Shown here in pieces: positions 43,173 to 55,893 of a stretch of 64,000 bases of DNA. Source of the DNA: Candidatus Eiseniibacteriota bacterium (GTDB lineage Bacteria > Eisenbacteria > RBG-16-71-46). Below the pieces are notes generated by a model that was given only the letters and a program-made list of their open reading frames with translations, was not told the DNA's origin and did not search any database. Location of the stretch: positions 64,001-128,000 of the forward strand of contig CAVZLN010000005.1 of assembly GCA_963776245.1 (NCBI GenBank), read 5' to 3'. Made by a program: the position numbers and the translations under genes. The number at the start of each line of letters is the position of its first letter. Positions within the stretch are counted from its first letter, which is position 1.

Positions 43173-43645
43173 CGTTCCTCTCCTGGATCCGGGTCTCCAC
43201 CCGGGGGCCGGCCTTCATCGGGAAGCGGGCGGCCGGTACGCCCGCGCCAGGACTGCTGGTATCGCATCAGCAACTCGCGCCAGTGCGCGCGCTGCTCCTC
43301 GGTGAGCTCGCGCTCGATGGAGGCGTGGGTGCTGTCGCGCAGCGCCGTCTGCTCGACGCGCATGCGCTCCAGCGCGGCGCGGCATGCGCGCGCTGGACGT
43401 CGCCAGGCCGAGCTCGCGTTCGAGGTGCTCGAGCATCGGCCGCGGGCCCATCCCGCGCCCGGGCCCATGCCGCGCATCCCCATCGGACCGAGGGCCGGGC
43501 ATGCCCTCAGGCCGCCCCCGTGGAGCGCGAACGGCGGGAGCGGCACGCCGAAGCGCATGAACGCGATACCCGCCACCAGTCCGAGCGCGAAGCCGACGAT
43601 GAGCGAGGCCACGACCGCGATCACGATCCCGCGGACTCCGTTCAT
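43169..43645 (-). CDS. Membrane-anchored LTXXQ / periplasmic heavy-metal-sensor-like protein; internal compensating frameshifts
   Basis: TM MNGVRGIVIAVVASLIVGFALG; LERELGL in an alternate frame; ELTEEQ. Confidence 0.7.
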   Translation of the reverse strand: MNGVRGIVIAVVASLIVGFALGLVAGIAFMRFGVPLPPFALHGGGLRACPALGPMGMRGMGPGAGWARGRCSSTSNASSAWRRPARACRAALERMRVEQTALRDSTHASIERELTEEQRAHWRELLMRYQQSWRGRTGRPLPDEGRPPGGDPDPGEER

Positions 43646-44000
43646 CGTGCCTCCGCTGTCCGCCGGCAGCGGGCGACCGCGTGGGTCGTCCCGGCGCGCG
43701 CCGGACTGGTCGAGCTCGGCCACCAGCGCGTCGCTGAGATCGTCGCTGGCGGGCGCTCGTCACGGTGGCGCTGGCGCGGTCGCGACCAGCACCACCGACG
43801 CCGCCACCGAGACCGCGAGCAGCGTGAACGCCGCCGCCAGGCGCCGAGGGCCGCATCGCCCAGCCGAGCCAGCGCGGCTGGCGCTCGCGCGCCTCGATGC
43901 GGGCGCGCACCCGGGTCCACAGCGCCGGCTCGGCGTCGGCGCTCACCGAGGCCAGCAGCCGCGTCAGGCGCTCGTCCTCGTGCCGTTCGTCGTCGTTCAT
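43642..44000 (-). CDS. Putative anti-sigma factor, single TM; frameshifted
   Basis: MNDDERHEDERLTRLL...ALWTRVRARIE...WLGW, then a TM in a shifted frame. ATGA-coupled to the sigma gene. Confidence 0.7.
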
Positions 44001-44575
44001 CGCGTCCCTCCGCTCTCGAACCGTTCCCGCATCGTCGCCTTCAGCGTCTCGCGCGCCCGGTACAGCCTCGACTTCACCGCCGCCACGCTCGCACCGGTCG
44101 CTCCGCCGACCTCGTCGTAGGTCAGCCCGAGCCGGTCGCGCAGCACCACCGCCTCGCGCTGCTCGGGTGGGAGCGCGTCGATCGCCCGCTCCAGCGCGGC
44201 CAGCAGCCGCGGCGTGTCGATCGCCTCGTCCCACCCCGCCACCGGATCCACCCGCAGCCCGGCCTCCGCGACCGGGTCGTGGTCCTCGAGCGCGCCGCCC
44301 GCGAACCGGCGCCGCCGCAGCAGATCGCGGCAGCGGTTGGAGACGATGCGCAGCACCCAGGTCTTCAGGCCCCGCTCCCCGCGGAATCCGGGGGCCGCGT
44401 CGCGGATGCGCATCAGCGCGTCCTCGACCACGTCGGCCGCCTCGTCGGGGTCCCGCAACAGGCTGCGCGCCAGTGTCGTCATCGCACCGCCATATTCCCG
44501 GTACGCCTCGCCGAGCGCGTCCAGGTCCCGCGCACGCAGCCGGGCGATGAGGTCGCTTTCCGATGTCGGTCCCAG
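43997..44575 (-). CDS. ECF sigma factor
   Basis: DEAADVVEDA, KTWVLRIVSNRCRD, LPPEQREAVVLRD and VKSRLYRAR. Start uncertain (CTG at 44575 after GGAGG). Confidence 0.92.
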   Translation of the reverse strand: MGPTSESDLIARLRARDLDALGEAYREYGGAMTTLARSLLRDPDEAADVVEDALMRIRDAAPGFRGERGLKTWVLRIVSNRCRDLLRRRRFAGGALEDHDPVAEAGLRVDPVAGWDEAIDTPRLLAALERAIDALPPEQREAVVLRDRLGLTYDEVGGATGASVAAVKSRLYRARETLKATMRERFESGGTR

Positions 44576-44600
44576 TCTCCCTCCGTGCGTACGGAGAATG

Positions 44601-44625
44601 GACGGTCGAGCCGGCCCGGAGTTGC
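44601..44625 (-). promoter_or_regulatory. Candidate autoregulatory ECF promoter GCAAC-N16-CGTC
   Basis: Canonical AAC (-35) and CGT (-10) cores directly upstream of the ECF gene. Confidence 0.6.
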
Positions 44626-44724
44626 GCGGTGCCCCGCTGGCGCGCGCCGGGCACTGCGCGGGCGGGCGGTTCGGGGGGCGGCGGGCATTGCGGAACGTGA
44701 CTCCTGCCGCAGGACAGGACCGCC

Positions 44725-45465
44725 CTACTCGCGGATCGGCCGCGGCCGCGGCAGGGCGTGACCGTCCGCCGCCCCCGACTCCGGCCCGCCCCGGCGCGCC
44801 CGGAGCACCCACTGGAACGCCATCGCGTCGGGCGTCACGCGGCACGCCACGGCGTCGAGCGCGCGCTCCACGACATCGAGCCGCAGCCGGTGCAGGATCC
44901 AGCCGAACCGTGCCCGCTGCATGCTGAACGCCAGTTCGTCGACCCGGAACCCGCACTCCCGCACCTGGTCCAGCAGCGCCCGGCGGGTGAAGAACCTCAG
45001 GTGCGAGTCGTCCAGCAGCCCGCTCTCGGTGTAGTCGAACCGGCCCCACAGCAGGTTCCAGCGCACCGTGTGATGCGCGATGTTGGGGATCGAGATCAGC
45101 AGCGCGCCCCCGGGAGCCAGCAGGCCCTGGCAGCGGCGCAGCACCGCGGCGGGGTCGCGCAGGTGCTCGAGCACGTCCGCGAACATGACGACGTCGTAGG
45201 GCCCCCGGAGGCGCGTCCACAGGGCCGCGTCCTCGATGTCACCCACGATCATGTCCTCGCAGAAACGCGCGGCCTGCTCGGCGGCGGCCGGGCTGTACTC
45301 GAACCCGGTCACGCGGCAGGCGCGCTCGTCGCGCAGGATGCGGGTCATGTAGCCGGTGGCGCAGCCGAATTCGAGCACGCGGCCGCCGGGCGCCGTCCAC
45401 TCGACGAGCTGGCGCTTATTGGCCTCGAGGCGGTCCCGCCAAGGGTAGATCTTGTCCTGCACCAT
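44725..45465 (-). CDS. Class I SAM-dependent methyltransferase
   Basis: VLEFGCATG, FADVLEHLRDP, ISIPNIAH and GLLDDSHLRFFT. Confidence 0.9.
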   Translation of the reverse strand: MVQDKIYPWRDRLEANKRQLVEWTAPGGRVLEFGCATGYMTRILRDERACRVTGFEYSPAAAEQAARFCEDMIVGDIEDAALWTRLRGPYDVVMFADVLEHLRDPAAVLRRCQGLLAPGGALLISIPNIAHHTVRWNLLWGRFDYTESGLLDDSHLRFFTRRALLDQVRECGFRVDELAFSMQRARFGWILHRLRLDVVERALDAVACRVTPDAMAFQWVLRARRGGPESGAADGHALPRPRPIRE

Positions 45466-45614
45466 CCGACCGCGCCTCCCGGTACCGGCGGCGGACCGCG
45501 GAGCCGCCCGGCGAAGCGCCGGGCGACGGGCCGGGATCCCATTGCGCCAGTCGGGGAACCTACCCTTGTTCGTGACCGGCGCCCAACGTTATCTCGGTCC
45601 GCGCCAGCGCGTGG

Positions 45615-46315
45615 TCAGGCGGATGTCTTCGCCTCGCTGGCGCCGATGAAGCGGTAGACCATCGAGCCGAGCAGGGCGCCCGCGATCGGCGCGACCCAGA
45701 ACAGCCACAGCTGGGCGACCGCCCAGCCGCCGACGAACACCGCGACACCGGTGCTCCGCGCGGGGTTCACCGAAGCGTTGGTGACCGGGATGGCGATCAG
45801 ATTGGTCAGCGTGAGCCCCAGTCCGATCGCGAGCGGCGCAAAGCCCTGCGGCGCCCGCCGGTCGGTCGCTCCGAGGATGATGATCAGGAACATCATGGTC
45901 ACGACGACCTCGGTCACCAGCCCCGCCAGCATCGAGTACTGGCCGGGCGAGTGTTCGCCATAACCGTTCGACGCGAAGCCCGCCGTGAGATCGAAGCCGG
46001 CCCGGCCGCTGGCGATGACGTACAGGACGCCACCTGCCACGATGCCGCCGAGGACCTGCGCGACGATGTAGGGCAGCAGCCGGCTCGCGGGAAACGTCCG
46101 CTCGCCCACAGCCCGATGGACACCGCCGGATTGAGGTGGCATCCCGAGATGTGCCCGATCGCGTAGGCCATCGTGAGGACCGTCAGGCCGAACGCGAGGG
46201 CGACGCCCAACCATCCGATGCCGACACCGGGGAACGCGGCGGCCAGCAGAGCGCTGCCGCAACCTCCGAACACCAGCCAGAACGTCCCGAAGCACTCCGC
46301 GCCATACTGCTTCAT
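45615..46315 (-). CDS. aqpZ: Aquaporin Z; one frameshift near 46095
   Basis: [40 protein letters not shown] and [11 protein letters not shown]. Confidence 0.95.
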
Positions 46316-46490
46316 CGTCGGTCTCCTTCCGTGAGCGTGGATCACCGTGCGGAGCGCGAGGCTCCGCTCCACGGGTCGACCCCGGCAGCCTACACCGGGC
46401 ACGGCCGGATGTCGGCACGCCCGGCCCGGCGCGCCCGGCCCCGCGGAGCGCCGTGACGGTCCGCCGCGGGTGCTGGAGCACCGCCGGTGC

Positions 46491-46520
46491 TTGACCCTGC
46501 TCCGGCCCGGTCCCTACAGT
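46491..46520 (+). promoter_or_regulatory. sigma70-type promoter TTGACC-N18-TACAGT for the acpS operon
   Basis: Hexamers about 40 nt upstream of ATG 46561. Confidence 0.55.
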
Positions 46521-46560
46521 CGCGGCTTCGAGGGTCACCCAGGGCAGCACCGGAGGCCGG

Positions 46561-46941
46561 ATGCCCGTTCGCGGCATCGGTGTGGACATCTGCAAGGTGG
46601 AGCGCATCGCCGAGTCGCTGACGCGCTTCGGCGAGCGCATGGAGAAGCGCCTCTTCACGCCGGCGGAGCTGACCTATTCGCGCGGGCACCGCGACCCGCT
46701 GCCGCACCTCGCCGCGCGCTTCGCGGCCAAGGAGGCGGCCTCCAAGGCGCTCGGCACCGGCATGGCGGGCGGCGTCGGCTGGACCCAGATCGAGGTGCTG
46801 CAGCCCGGCGGCCGCCAGCCCTCGCTCGCCTTCACCGGCGTCGCGCTCGAGCGCTTCCAGGCGATCGGGGCCACCTCCTCGCACCTCTCGCTCTCGCACG
46901 ACGGCGGCCTGGCCGTGGCGTGCGTGGTGATCGAGGGCTGA
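46561..46941 (+). CDS. acpS: Holo-ACP synthase
   Basis: [22 protein letters not shown] and HLSLSHD. Confidence 0.96.
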   Translation: MPVRGIGVDICKVERIAESLTRFGERMEKRLFTPAELTYSRGHRDPLPHLAARFAAKEAASKALGTGMAGGVGWTQIEVLQPGGRQPSLAFTGVALERFQAIGATSSHLSLSHDGGLAVACVVIEG

Positions 46942-46942
46942 G

Positions 46943-48451
46943 ATGAAGCTCCGGCGCGTGCTCATCGCCAATCGCGGCGAGATCGCGGTGCGCGTCATCC
47001 GCACGCTGCGCGAGCTCGACATCACCTCGATCGCGGTGTTCAGCGAGCCGGACCGCGCGTCGATGCACGTGCTGCTCGCCGACGAGGCCTATCCGATCGG
47101 GCCCGGCCCGTCGCGCGACTCCTACCTGAACCTGGAGCGCGTGCTCGAGACCGCGGTGCGCGTGAAGGCCGACGCCATCCACCCGGGCTACGGCTTCTTC
47201 GCCGAGAACAGCGCGTTCGCGCGTGCGTGCGCCGCGGCCGGGATCGCGTTCATCGGCCCGCGCCCCGAGACCATCGACGCGCTCGGCGACAAGCTGCGGG
47301 CGCGCGCGGCCGCGAAGGCCGCGGGCGTGCCGATGGTGCCGGGCTCCGACGGGCCGGTCGGCTCGCTCGACGAGGCGCGCGGCGTGGCGAAGCGCATCGG
47401 CTGGCCGCTCATGCTCAAGGCGGCGGCCGGCGGCGGCGGCAAGGGCATGCGGGTGGTGCGCGGCGACGCCGACCTGGCCTCGGCGTGGTCGCTGACGCGC
47501 GGCGAGGCGGCCGCGGCGTTCGGCGACGACCGCGTGTACCTCGAGCGCTACGTGACGCGCCCGCGCCACGTCGAGGCCCAGATCCTCGCCGACGCCGCAG
47601 GGCGCGTGACGTTCCTCGGCGAGCGCGAGTGCTCGGTGCAGCGCCGCCATCAGAAGCTGTTCGAGGAGACCCCGTGCCCGGCGTTCACCCCCGCGATCCG
47701 CGAGCGCTTCGCGGACGCCGCGACCCGGGTCGCGCGGCAGGTGGGCTACCTCAACGCCGGCACCGTCGAGTTCATCCTCGACGAGCACGGCGACTTCTTC
47801 TTCCTCGAGGTCAACACCCGGCTGCAGGTGGAGCACCCGGTCACCGAGATGGTGACCGGGCTCGACCTGGTGGCCGAGCAGATCGCCATCGCGGAGGGCG
47901 CGCCGCTGTCGTTCGGCGACCACCCGCCCGCCCCGCGCGGCTGGTCGATGGAGGCGCGCATCGTCGCCGAGGACCCGCGCGTGAACTTCATGCCCTCGCT
48001 CGGACGCATCGACCGCGTGCGCTTCCCGCACGGCCCGGGCGTGCGCAACGACGGCGGCTTCTACCGCGGCTCCGACATCCCGGTGTACTACGACTCGCTG
48101 CTCGCCAAGCTGGTGGTGTGGGGCCAGGACCGCGAGCAGGCGCGCCACCGGCTGCTGCGGGCGCTGGGCGAGTACCGCATCGACGGCGTGCACCACAACA
48201 TCGCGTTCCACATCTGGCTCGCCTCGCACCCCGAGTTCGTGAAGGGCGCGCTCTCGACCCGCTTCATCGAGGAGCACTTCGACCCCCGGGCCCTGGCCCC
48301 GGGCCCCGAGGCCGAGGAGGCGGCGCTGTTCGCCGCCGCGCTCCACGCGCGCGAGGAGCGCCTGCGCGTGGTGCTGCCCGCCGAACCGCCGGGCGGGGCG
48401 CGCTCCTCCTGGAAGTGGGACCGGCCGGGCGGCGGCGGGGCGCGGCGATGA
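46943..48451 (+). CDS. Biotin carboxylase subunit of an acetyl/propionyl-CoA carboxylase
   Basis: IANRGEIA, HPGYGF, GGGGKGMR, ECSVQRRHQK, EVNTRLQVEHPVTE and YYDSLLAK. Confidence 0.95.
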   Translation: MKLRRVLIANRGEIAVRVIRTLRELDITSIAVFSEPDRASMHVLLADEAYPIGPGPSRDSYLNLERVLETAVRVKADAIHPGYGFFAENSAFARACAAAGIAFIGPRPETIDALGDKLRARAAAKAAGVPMVPGSDGPVGSLDEARGVAKRIGWPLMLKAAAGGGGKGMRVVRGDADLASAWSLTRGEAAAAFGDDRVYLERYVTRPRHVEAQILADAAGRVTFLGERECSVQRRHQKLFEETPCPAFTPAIRERFADAATRVARQVGYLNAGTVEFILDEHGDFFFLEVNTRLQVEHPVTEMVTGLDLVAEQIAIAEGAPLSFGDHPPAPRGWSMEARIVAEDPRVNFMPSLGRIDRVRFPHGPGVRNDGGFYRGSDIPVYYDSLLAKLVVWGQDREQARHRLLRALGEYRIDGVHHNIAFHIWLASHPEFVKGALSTRFIEEHFDPRALAPGPEAEEAALFAAALHAREERLRVVLPAEPPGGARSSWKWDRPGGGGARR

Positions 48452-48966
48452 AGCTCTGGGTCACGCTCGAGAGCGGCCGCGACGCCGAGGTGGAGTTCAC
48501 CACCGAGGACAAGCGCCTGTTCCTCGAGGTCGACGGCAGGAAGATGGAGGCCGACTTCCACCGGCTGCCCGACGGCGAGGTGTACTCGCTGCTCGTGGAC
48601 GGCCGCTCGCACGAGGTGCGCGTGTCCCCGATCGGCGACGCGCTCGAGGTGACGCTGCGCGGCACCACGGTCGCGGTCGAGGTGCGCCATCCGCTCGAGA
48701 AGATGCTCGCCCAGCAGCAGAAGGCCGCGGGCACCGGCGCGGGCGAGACGATCGCGGCGCCGATGCCCGGGCTGGTGGTGGCGCTGCGGGTGAAGCCCGG
48801 CGACCTCGTGGTGCCGGGACAGGCGGTGATCGTGGTCGAGGCGATGAAGATGCAGAACGAACTGCTGGCGCGCACCGGGGGCGTCGTGACCGAGGTGCTG
48901 GTCACCGAGCGCCAGACCGTGAGCAGCGGCCAGGCCCTGGTGCGCATGAAGAGCGCGGACGCATGA
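48448..48966 (+). CDS. Biotin carboxyl carrier protein with an N-terminal BT-like domain
   Basis: APMPG and EAMKMQNE biotinylation motif; ATGA overlap. Confidence 0.93.
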   Translation: MKLWVTLESGRDAEVEFTTEDKRLFLEVDGRKMEADFHRLPDGEVYSLLVDGRSHEVRVSPIGDALEVTLRGTTVAVEVRHPLEKMLAQQQKAAGTGAGETIAAPMPGLVVALRVKPGDLVVPGQAVIVVEAMKMQNELLARTGGVVTEVLVTERQTVSSGQALVRMKSADA

Positions 48967-49051
48967 GCCCCGCGAAGCGCCGCCGCGCCGCGGGCGCCGC
49001 GGGCGCCGCCGGGGCCGGTCGCGCGGTCGCGCCGCCGCGCCGCGGGCGTCC

Positions 49052-50635
<1,584 letters not shown>

Positions 50636-50639
<4 letters not shown>

Positions 50640-51085
50640 GCCGCGGCCCCCGGCGCGCGCCGCACCGTCACCGCGCTCTCGCACGTCGCGATCGCCACGC
50701 GCGACGCGGACGCGCTCGCGGGCATGCTCGCCGGCGCGCTGGGCGCCACGCCGCGGCGACGAGGAGATCCTCGATCACGGGACGCTGCGCGTGGTGTTCC
50801 TCGACCTCGGCCCGGTCACGCTTCGAGCTGCTCGAGCCGCTCTCGCCCGACCACACCGTGGCGAAGTTCCTGGAGCAGCGCGGCCCGGGGCTCCACCACG
50901 TGAGCCTCGAGGTCGCCGACGTCGCCGCGGCGCTGACCCAGGCGAAGGCCGCCGGGGCCCGGCTGGTGGACGAGAGCGCGCGCCCCGGCGCCCACGGGAC
51001 GCGCGTGGCGTTCCTGCACCCGAAGAGCCTCGGCGGCGTGCTGGTCGAGCTGTGCCAGGCGCCGCCGAAGAAGCCGGGCGCCTAG
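50636..51085 (+). CDS. mce: Methylmalonyl-CoA epimerase; frameshifted
   Basis: [19 protein letters not shown] and [15 protein letters not shown]. Confidence 0.9.
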
Positions 51086-51095
51086 GCGCGAGCAC

Positions 51096-51707
51096 TCAGG
51101 CGCCGGGCCGCCGCGCCAGGATCTGCACGGTCGCCGCGCGACCGGTGTGGTAGCGGCCCTCGACCACGTCGCGCTCGACCTCGCGGGCGATCTCCAGCTC
51201 GAGCCCCGCCAGTTCCGCGGTGAGCGTCCCGAGCGCGGCGAGCCGTTCGGGATCCTGCGGGCCGCCGGTGCCGAACTCGAGCTGGCGGGGCGCGTACGCC
51301 TCGAGCACGAACACCCCGCCCGGCGCGAGCCCCGCGACCACCCGGCGATGCACGTCGCGCCGCAGCGCCGGCGGCAAGTGCGCGAACACCGACACGATCC
51401 CGCTCCACGCCGCGGGCGCGATCGCGAACTCCTCGAGGCCGGCGGCGACGGTCGCGATGCGCACGCCGCGCGCGCGCGCCAGCGCCTCGGCCTTCTCGAG
51501 GCCGACACGCGACTGGTCCATCGCGGTCACCTCGAGGCCGCCCCCGGCGAGGAACACCGCGTTGCGGCCCTGCCCCTCGGCCAGGCACAGCACGCGCCCC
51601 GGCGGGATGCGCCCCGCCACCTCGCGTACGAAGTCGTTCGGCTCGCTCCCGTAGGCGTATCCGTCCTCGGCGAAGCGCTCGTCCCAGAATCCCTCGGGTC
51701 GTTCCAT
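51096..51707 (-). CDS. Class I SAM-dependent methyltransferase
   Basis: FWDERF...YGSEPNDF, LCLAEGQGRNAVFLA and GTGGP. Confidence 0.9.
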   Translation of the reverse strand: MERPEGFWDERFAEDGYAYGSEPNDFVREVAGRIPPGRVLCLAEGQGRNAVFLAGGGLEVTAMDQSRVGLEKAEALARARGVRIATVAAGLEEFAIAPAAWSGIVSVFAHLPPALRRDVHRRVVAGLAPGGVFVLEAYAPRQLEFGTGGPQDPERLAALGTLTAELAGLELEIAREVERDVVEGRYHTGRAATVQILARRPGA

Positions 51708-51759
51708 GTCCGCTCCTCTCATGCGCGCCGCGCGCTCCGGCCGGGACCCGGCCGGACGC

Positions 51760-52560
51760 TCAGGGCAGGTCCCGATGGCGGAACCACCACCACGCCGCGC
51801 ACACGCCGGCCAGACCCACCGCCCCGAGCAGCATGGCCGCCGGGCCGACGCCGGCACCGTCCACCAGGATCGCGCGCGGCATGAAGTGGTGGTGGAGTGA
51901 GTACGGCAGCACGAAGGCGGCCCGCTTCCACACCGTGCCGATGACGAAGGCGAGGTACGAGACCAGCGCCAGCAGGAAGGCGGCACCCGCCGCCCGGCCG
52001 CCCTCGCGTCCGCGCGACGACAGCGCCAGCGCGATGCCGAACCACGCCCACTGGAGCGCACCGTAGCCGAGCCCGAGGCGCGCCAGCGCGGCCGGCGGAT
52101 ACGGTCCGAGCGCGAACGCGCGCAGGCCCAGGAGCGTCCCAAGCAGCCCGACGCCCGCGGTCACCGCCAGCGCCAGCGCCCCGAACACCACGTGCGCGGC
52201 GAGGTAGCGTGCCCGTGAGAGCGGCTGGCCGAGCACCAGCTCCATCGCGCCGGTCTCGATCTCGCCCGCCACCGCGTTCGCCCCGAGCAGGATCGCCACC
52301 GCCGCGCCCAGTGCGTGGGCGATCGGGTGGTTCCAGCCGAACGCGAGCAGGCTGCCGGTGCTCAGCCCGCCGAAGAGCTGGGTCGCCACCACCGACTGCA
52401 GGAACGGCGGCAGCGTGTCGAGGAGCGCCTGGAGCGCGCCGGAGACGTCCACCGAGGCCACCGCGGCGGCGATCAGGAACTGGAACAGGCCGAGCAGGCC
52501 CGCGCTCGCGAGCACGAAGGGCGCGTTCCGCCACGCGAGTCGACGCAGGACCTCAGTCAC
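51760..52560 (-). CDS. ABC-2 type permease
   Basis: Multiple TMs, AGEIETGAMELVL and C-terminal FRHRDLP. Confidence 0.88.
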   Translation of the reverse strand: MTEVLRRLAWRNAPFVLASAGLLGLFQFLIAAAVASVDVSGALQALLDTLPPFLQSVVATQLFGGLSTGSLLAFGWNHPIAHALGAAVAILLGANAVAGEIETGAMELVLGQPLSRARYLAAHVVFGALALAVTAGVGLLGTLLGLRAFALGPYPPAALARLGLGYGALQWAWFGIALALSSRGREGGRAAGAAFLLALVSYLAFVIGTVWKRAAFVLPYSLHHHFMPRAILVDGAGVGPAAMLLGAVGLAGVCAAWWWFRHRDLP

Positions 52561-53449
52561 CGCGCGCTCCGGCGCTCTCGTAGTAGGCGAGGAAGATGTC
52601 CTCGAGCCGCGGCTCGGGGAGCACGAGCTCGGCCACCTCGTGCTGCACCAGCCGCCGCAGCAGCGGATTGACGTCGCCGCGCACCAGCAGTTCCACCGCG
52701 CGCCCCTCGGTCCCGGCCACCGTGATCCCTGCCACATCGTCGAGTGCCGGCGGGTCTCCCCGGAAGATCACCCGCGCGCGCCGGACCATGCGCTCGCGCA
52801 GCGTCAGGATGGACTCCTGCGCGAGCACCTCCCCCGCCCGCAGGATCGCGACCCGTCCGCACACCGCCTCGACCTCCGAGAGCACGTGCGAGGAGAGCAG
52901 CACCGCGCGCCCGGCGCGCGCGCGTTCCACCAGCAGTCCGCGGAACGCGCGCTGCACCACCGGATCGAGACCGTTCGAGGGCTCGTCGAGCAGCAGCAGG
53001 TCGGGGTCGTGCTGCATCGCGATCACCAGCCCGAGCTTCTGCCGCGTGCCGTGCGAGAGCTGCTTCACGCGCCGCGCCAGGTCGCGGCGCTCCAGCCCCA
53101 GCGCCTCGAGCAGGCGCTCGCGCATCAGCGGGGGCCGCCGCGGGCGCATGCGGGCGAAGGTGTCGAGCAGGTCCGCGCCGCGCAGATCCCCCCACAGGCG
53201 CAGTTCGCCGGGCAGGTAGCCGACCCGCTCCCGCGCCGCCGAACGGCCCGCCGGCGCGCCGAACAGCCGCACCGCGCCGCGCTCGGCGCGCACCAGGTCC
53301 ATCGCGATCCGCAGCGTGGTGGTCTTGCCCGCGCCGTTGGGGCCGAGGAATCCGAACACCTCGCCCGCGTCGACGGTGAGGCTCACGTCGCGGAGGGCGG
53401 TGACTGTGCCGAAGCGCTTGTGGAGACCGACGACCTCGAGAGCGTGCAT
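52553..53449 (-). CDS. ABC transporter ATP-binding protein
   Basis: GPNGAGKTT, LSHG, LLLDEP and LSSH. Confidence 0.95.
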   Translation of the reverse strand: MHALEVVGLHKRFGTVTALRDVSLTVDAGEVFGFLGPNGAGKTTTLRIAMDLVRAERGAVRLFGAPAGRSAARERVGYLPGELRLWGDLRGADLLDTFARMRPRRPPLMRERLLEALGLERRDLARRVKQLSHGTRQKLGLVIAMQHDPDLLLLDEPSNGLDPVVQRAFRGLLVERARAGRAVLLSSHVLSEVEAVCGRVAILRAGEVLAQESILTLRERMVRRARVIFRGDPPALDDVAGITVAGTEGRAVELLVRGDVNPLLRRLVQHEVAELVLPEPRLEDIFLAYYESAGARGD

Positions 53450-53537
53450 GCGCGCCTCCCCGCGGCACGATAGCACGCCGGAATCGCGAAGGCGCCGCGG
53501 CGGAGCGGACCGCCGCGGCGCCTCCCGGCCGGTGCGC

Positions 53538-54659
53538 CTAACCGCGCGTGAACGCCGTCCCGGCGCCGTAGGACTCGAACAGCTTGCCCCAGCCGGTCTT
53601 CATGATCTCCCGCACCCGCGGCTTGCCGTTCACCGGGTACCAGTAGCCGTCGTGGTACGCGCGCGACGCGGCGTACGACCACGGCACGATCGGCGAGCGC
53701 AGCAGCGCGTTCTCCAGGAACTTGAGCGGGCCCCAGTAGATCAGCTTCTGGCCCCACGACGCGAACGTGTTCTCCTCGAGCGAGCCGCGGAAGCCGAAGT
53801 TCACGTTCTTGATGTCCTCGCCCACGATCTCGATCTCGCTCGGGTTGCCGCAGCCGAGGCCGTTCTCGTGCGCCAGGCGGATGAACTTGAGGTCCTGCAT
53901 CGGGTCGAAGCCCATCATCTTCGCCGCGATGGCGTCGATCGCCACGCAGTCGCTCGAGGCGAGGATGTAGTTCTTGACGTGCGGGCGCATGCAGCGCGGG
54001 CCCGGGCCGTCGCCCGCGATGGTGCCGTCCATCACCGCGAAGATGCCGGGGTGGATCTCCTTCTGGATGCGCAGCAGGTCCACCAGCGTCTCGTGGATCA
54101 CCGAGTGCGTCCAGTGGCGGTTCAGGTTGAGCAGGCCGCCGAACGCGTTCTTCATCGCGCCGGTGGTGCCGGTGAAGATGTGGGTCTTGACGGTGGGCAT
54201 GTGGATCACGTTCTTGCCCACCAGCATCCGCGGGATCTGGATGCCCTGCTTCTCGAACACCCGGTCGAGCACCAGCATCCTGCCCTTGGGCTGGTAGCGG
54301 ATCCACTCGGTGGGCGGCTCGCTCAGGTACTGGATCGGGACCCGGTACCGGTCGAGCACCGGGGCGAGGTGGTTCCGCACCGTGCCCTCACGGCAGGACA
54401 CCACCACGGTGTCGTTCTGCGCCGCGATCAGGTCGCGCGAGACGTCGTAGTTGTCGCGCTTCATCTTCTCGATGACGCCGTGCATCTGCCAGGGCGTGGT
54501 CGAACAGGCCGGCATGTACACGTGCCACGAGATGTTGATGCGCAGGCAGGTCTGCTTGTCGAAGGGCAGGGCCTCGCGGTAGCCGGCCAGGTCCATCAGG
54601 CGGCCGTAGTCCTCGACGGCGGTCTCGGGAGAGGTGCGGAGGACGGCGACTTTCGACAT
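53538..54659 (-). CDS. DUF362 domain protein
   Basis: PTVKTH...[21 protein letters not shown] and DCVAIDA. Confidence 0.85.
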   Translation of the reverse strand: MSKVAVLRTSPETAVEDYGRLMDLAGYREALPFDKQTCLRINISWHVYMPACSTTPWQMHGVIEKMKRDNYDVSRDLIAAQNDTVVVSCREGTVRNHLAPVLDRYRVPIQYLSEPPTEWIRYQPKGRMLVLDRVFEKQGIQIPRMLVGKNVIHMPTVKTHIFTGTTGAMKNAFGGLLNLNRHWTHSVIHETLVDLLRIQKEIHPGIFAVMDGTIAGDGPGPRCMRPHVKNYILASSDCVAIDAIAAKMMGFDPMQDLKFIRLAHENGLGCGNPSEIEIVGEDIKNVNFGFRGSLEENTFASWGQKLIYWGPLKFLENALLRSPIVPWSYAASRAYHDGYWYPVNGKPRVREIMKTGWGKLFESYGAGTAFTRG

Positions 54660-54731
54660 CGAGGGCTCCTGGGATCGGTGATGTCCGGGGGGTTCGTCGC
54701 GGCCGCGGCGGGATGATAGCAGACGGCCTCG

Positions 54732-55886
54732 CTACACCTTCGCGCCGTCCTTGAGCAGGCTGCGCGCGATGCACCAGGCGCTGGATCTCCGAGGTGCCCT
54801 CGTAGATCTCCATCACCCGCGCGTCGCGGTAGTAGCGCTCGACCGCGTAGTCCTTCACGTAGCCGTAGCCGCCGTGCACCTGGATGGCCTGGTGCGTCAC
54901 GTAGGTCGCGGCCTCGCTCGCGTAGAGCTTCGCCATGGCCGCCTCGCGCGTGTAGGGCTTGCCCGCCGTCGCGCAGCCACGCCGCCCGCTGCACCAGCAG
55001 GCGCGAGCACTGCACGCGGCGCTCCATCTCGGCCAGCTTGAACTGCACCGCCTGGATCTTCGCGATCGGGCCGCCGAACGCCTTGCGCTGCTGCGCGTAG
55101 CGCGCCGCCTCGTCGAACGCCGCCCTCATCACGCCCGAGCGCCTGGGCGGCGACGCCGATACGGCCGGCGTCGAGCATGCTCATGGCGATCCGGAAGCCG
55201 TCGCCCTCGGCGCCGAGGCGCTGGTCCGCCGGCACGCGCAGGTCCTCGAGCGCGAGCGCGACGGTGTCCGAGCCGCGCAGGCCCATCTTGTCCTCGGACT
55301 TGCCCAGCACCAGGCCGGGTGTGCCGCGCTCGACGATGAACGCGGAGATCCCGCGATTGCCGGCGTCCCGGTCGGTCTTCGCGAACACCAGGATGACCCC
55401 GGCCTGCTGGCCGTTGGTGACCCAGTTCTTGCTGCCGTTGAGCACGTAGTCGTCGCCGTCGCGCACCGCGGTGGACTCGAGCGCTCCGGCGTCCGAGCCG
55501 GCGCCGGGCTCCGAGAGCGAGAACGCGCCCAGCTCCTTGCTGACCAGCCGCGGCAGGAACCGCTTGCGCTGCGCGTCGGTGCCGAAGCGGAACACCGGCG
55601 TCGCGCCGACCGAGTTGTGCACCGCGATCATGATCGCGAGCGCCGCCGAGACGTAGGCGATCTCCTCGATGACGGTGATGATGGTGCGCGCGTCGTAGCC
55701 CAGCCCGCCCCACTCCTCGGGGACACCCATGCCGAGGAAGCCCTGCTCGGCGAGGCGCTTCACCGCCTCCGGCGGCACCTTGCTCTCGCGGTCCCAGCGC
55801 GCGGCGTGCGGCGCGAACTCGCCGCGGCACAGCTCGCGCACCGCGTCGCGGATCTGGGTCTGGTCCTCGGTGAGATCGAGGTTCAT
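54732..55886 (-). CDS. Acyl-CoA dehydrogenase; frameshifts between about 55135 and 54770
   Basis: [41 protein letters not shown] and [10 protein letters not shown]. Confidence 0.92.
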
Positions 55887-55893
55887 GCGCGCC

